DNA from: Thalia democratica
Lineage: Eukaryota
NCBI GenBank assembly: GCA_965202585.1
Contig: OZ241828.1
Span: forward strand, 62,806,001 to 62,870,000
Reading direction: 5' to 3'
Length of the DNA: 64,000 nt
The first letter of the stretch is position 1; every line of letters begins with the position of its first letter. Under the pieces are notes generated by a model, which saw nothing but the letters and a program-made list of their open reading frames with translations, did not search any database and had not been told where the DNA came from. A program made the translations under genes and the position numbers. Shown one piece after another: positions 62,693 through 64,000 of the stretch.

Positions 62693-64000
62693 CTAATGTT
62701 GGTTATTTTAACTTTTGTTTATTTCATTGTTCATATACATATACGTATATATGTGTATATGAATTTAGAAATTAGGTAGTTTAAATTATTAAAAAGTTTG
62801 TAGTATAATATGTTTTAACTTTGACAACTTGAAACTTTTATAATTTTTTTATAAGATTTATAATTAAATGTAAACTTTAGTTTTGTCTGTTTATTGCTGT
62901 AGTAGTTAAAAATTAGTACTTTGGTTAAGCTAAATTACTAGCGCTTTTTTTTTAGATTATAATAAAATTGATAACTATGTCTTTTATATATTTTTTATCA
63001 GAAGTTTTAGTTCTAAGCACTGAAGAGCAAACTTAATTTGGCAAAAAAACTAAAAAAAAAAGTTAACAAAAATACATTAAACGTTTACTGAGTTAAAGTC
63101 AAACTAGTTGACTTTGTTTTGTAGGAGTAAAATAGTTTTTTTTTTTAAATTTAACTTTAAATTTCCGAAATAATTAAACTGAGAAAATTTTTATGAAAAT
63201 TGAAATAACTTTAAAACTTTTAACAACACATGGAAACCTAAGCGTTTTCAGTAAATTAATTCTAAAAACACTTTTATAGTTATCTTACTATAATAAACAC
63301 TCTAAATAAAAGTTTCTTCAAAAAGTTTTAACTAAACAACCTTTCTTCAATTTTTTTTATCTAATTGGCCAATTTTTTTACTTTGTGAGTTCGCATAGCT
63401 AAAATATTTAGAACAAAATATTAATTTCTTTTTTTATGCTAAAATTATAATATTACTAAAATAGTTATTTTCAAAGAATATTTTTTAATGTTGTTGTTCA
63501 GACAACTTTTATTTAATAGTAACATAAGGTGAAGTTACAATGAAAACAACATTACTTTGTTTATTACAAGATATATAAGCACCTTTTATAACTCATTGAA
63601 CTTGACAAAAGCAGTGTTTGGCTTTTATCAAAACAAGAACTGAGTTGTGTTTAAGATTAAGAGCTTTGAGCTTTTTCTTAAAACCGCTGTTGCAGTCTTG
63701 TACAGTCGTAGTAAACGTAATAAATATTAAACTTAGAACTTTTTATTTACTAATATGTTAAAATAAGTTTAAGCTAAAAGTTAATAATTCTAAATACTTT
63801 GTGTATATGCCCTTGAAAATAACGGCTAATCATAAATTATATCAGAGTTTTCCAAAAAGGACAATATCGCCATTGTTTAAGCGAACTCATTAAGTCGGTA
63901 AAAATAACTAGTAGGCGCAAAAAAGGTAAATTTTTGAAACTTGACAACTAAAGTACTTTATCAACATTAAATAAAATAACTTTTGTAAGAAAAAAAAGTT

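Noticed and set aside
63590-63930. Exon-like patches at the right edge
   Set aside because: The frames are short or contain stops, there is no recognisable motif, and the context is truncated by the window end.

Overview
A very AT-rich (roughly a quarter GC by eye), intron-containing animal genomic region, probably from an invertebrate; no prokaryotic features are present. All gene models were spliced and translated by hand. The genes are: (1) the 3' part of a gene with tandem TGF-beta/activin type-I-receptor-like ectodomains ending in a GPI-like tail, with no kinase; (2) a divergent BET-family gene (BD1-BD2-ET, minus strand, 16880-23232) whose linker exon is a 39-nt minisatellite carrying a frameshift and a stop; (3) three tandem, intronless, damaged kelch-repeat genes (32.5-42.4 kb); (4) an apparently intact orphan secreted minimal cystine-knot protein (46411-47442); (5) an intact GPI-anchored Ly6/uPAR three-finger gene (50008-51413); (6) a poorly resolved candidate GPI-anchored S/T-rich gene; and (7) a PARP-like pseudogene. 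Intergenic DNA holds many non-autonomous DNA transposons (hAT types with 8-bp TSDs, one nested; a possible TTAA/Kolobok-like element; a CGTGCAAAA-array foldback family), an old inverted duplication carrying tRNA-like sequences, and several diverged duplications. Most short ORFs in the supplied track are spurious or are exon fragments.
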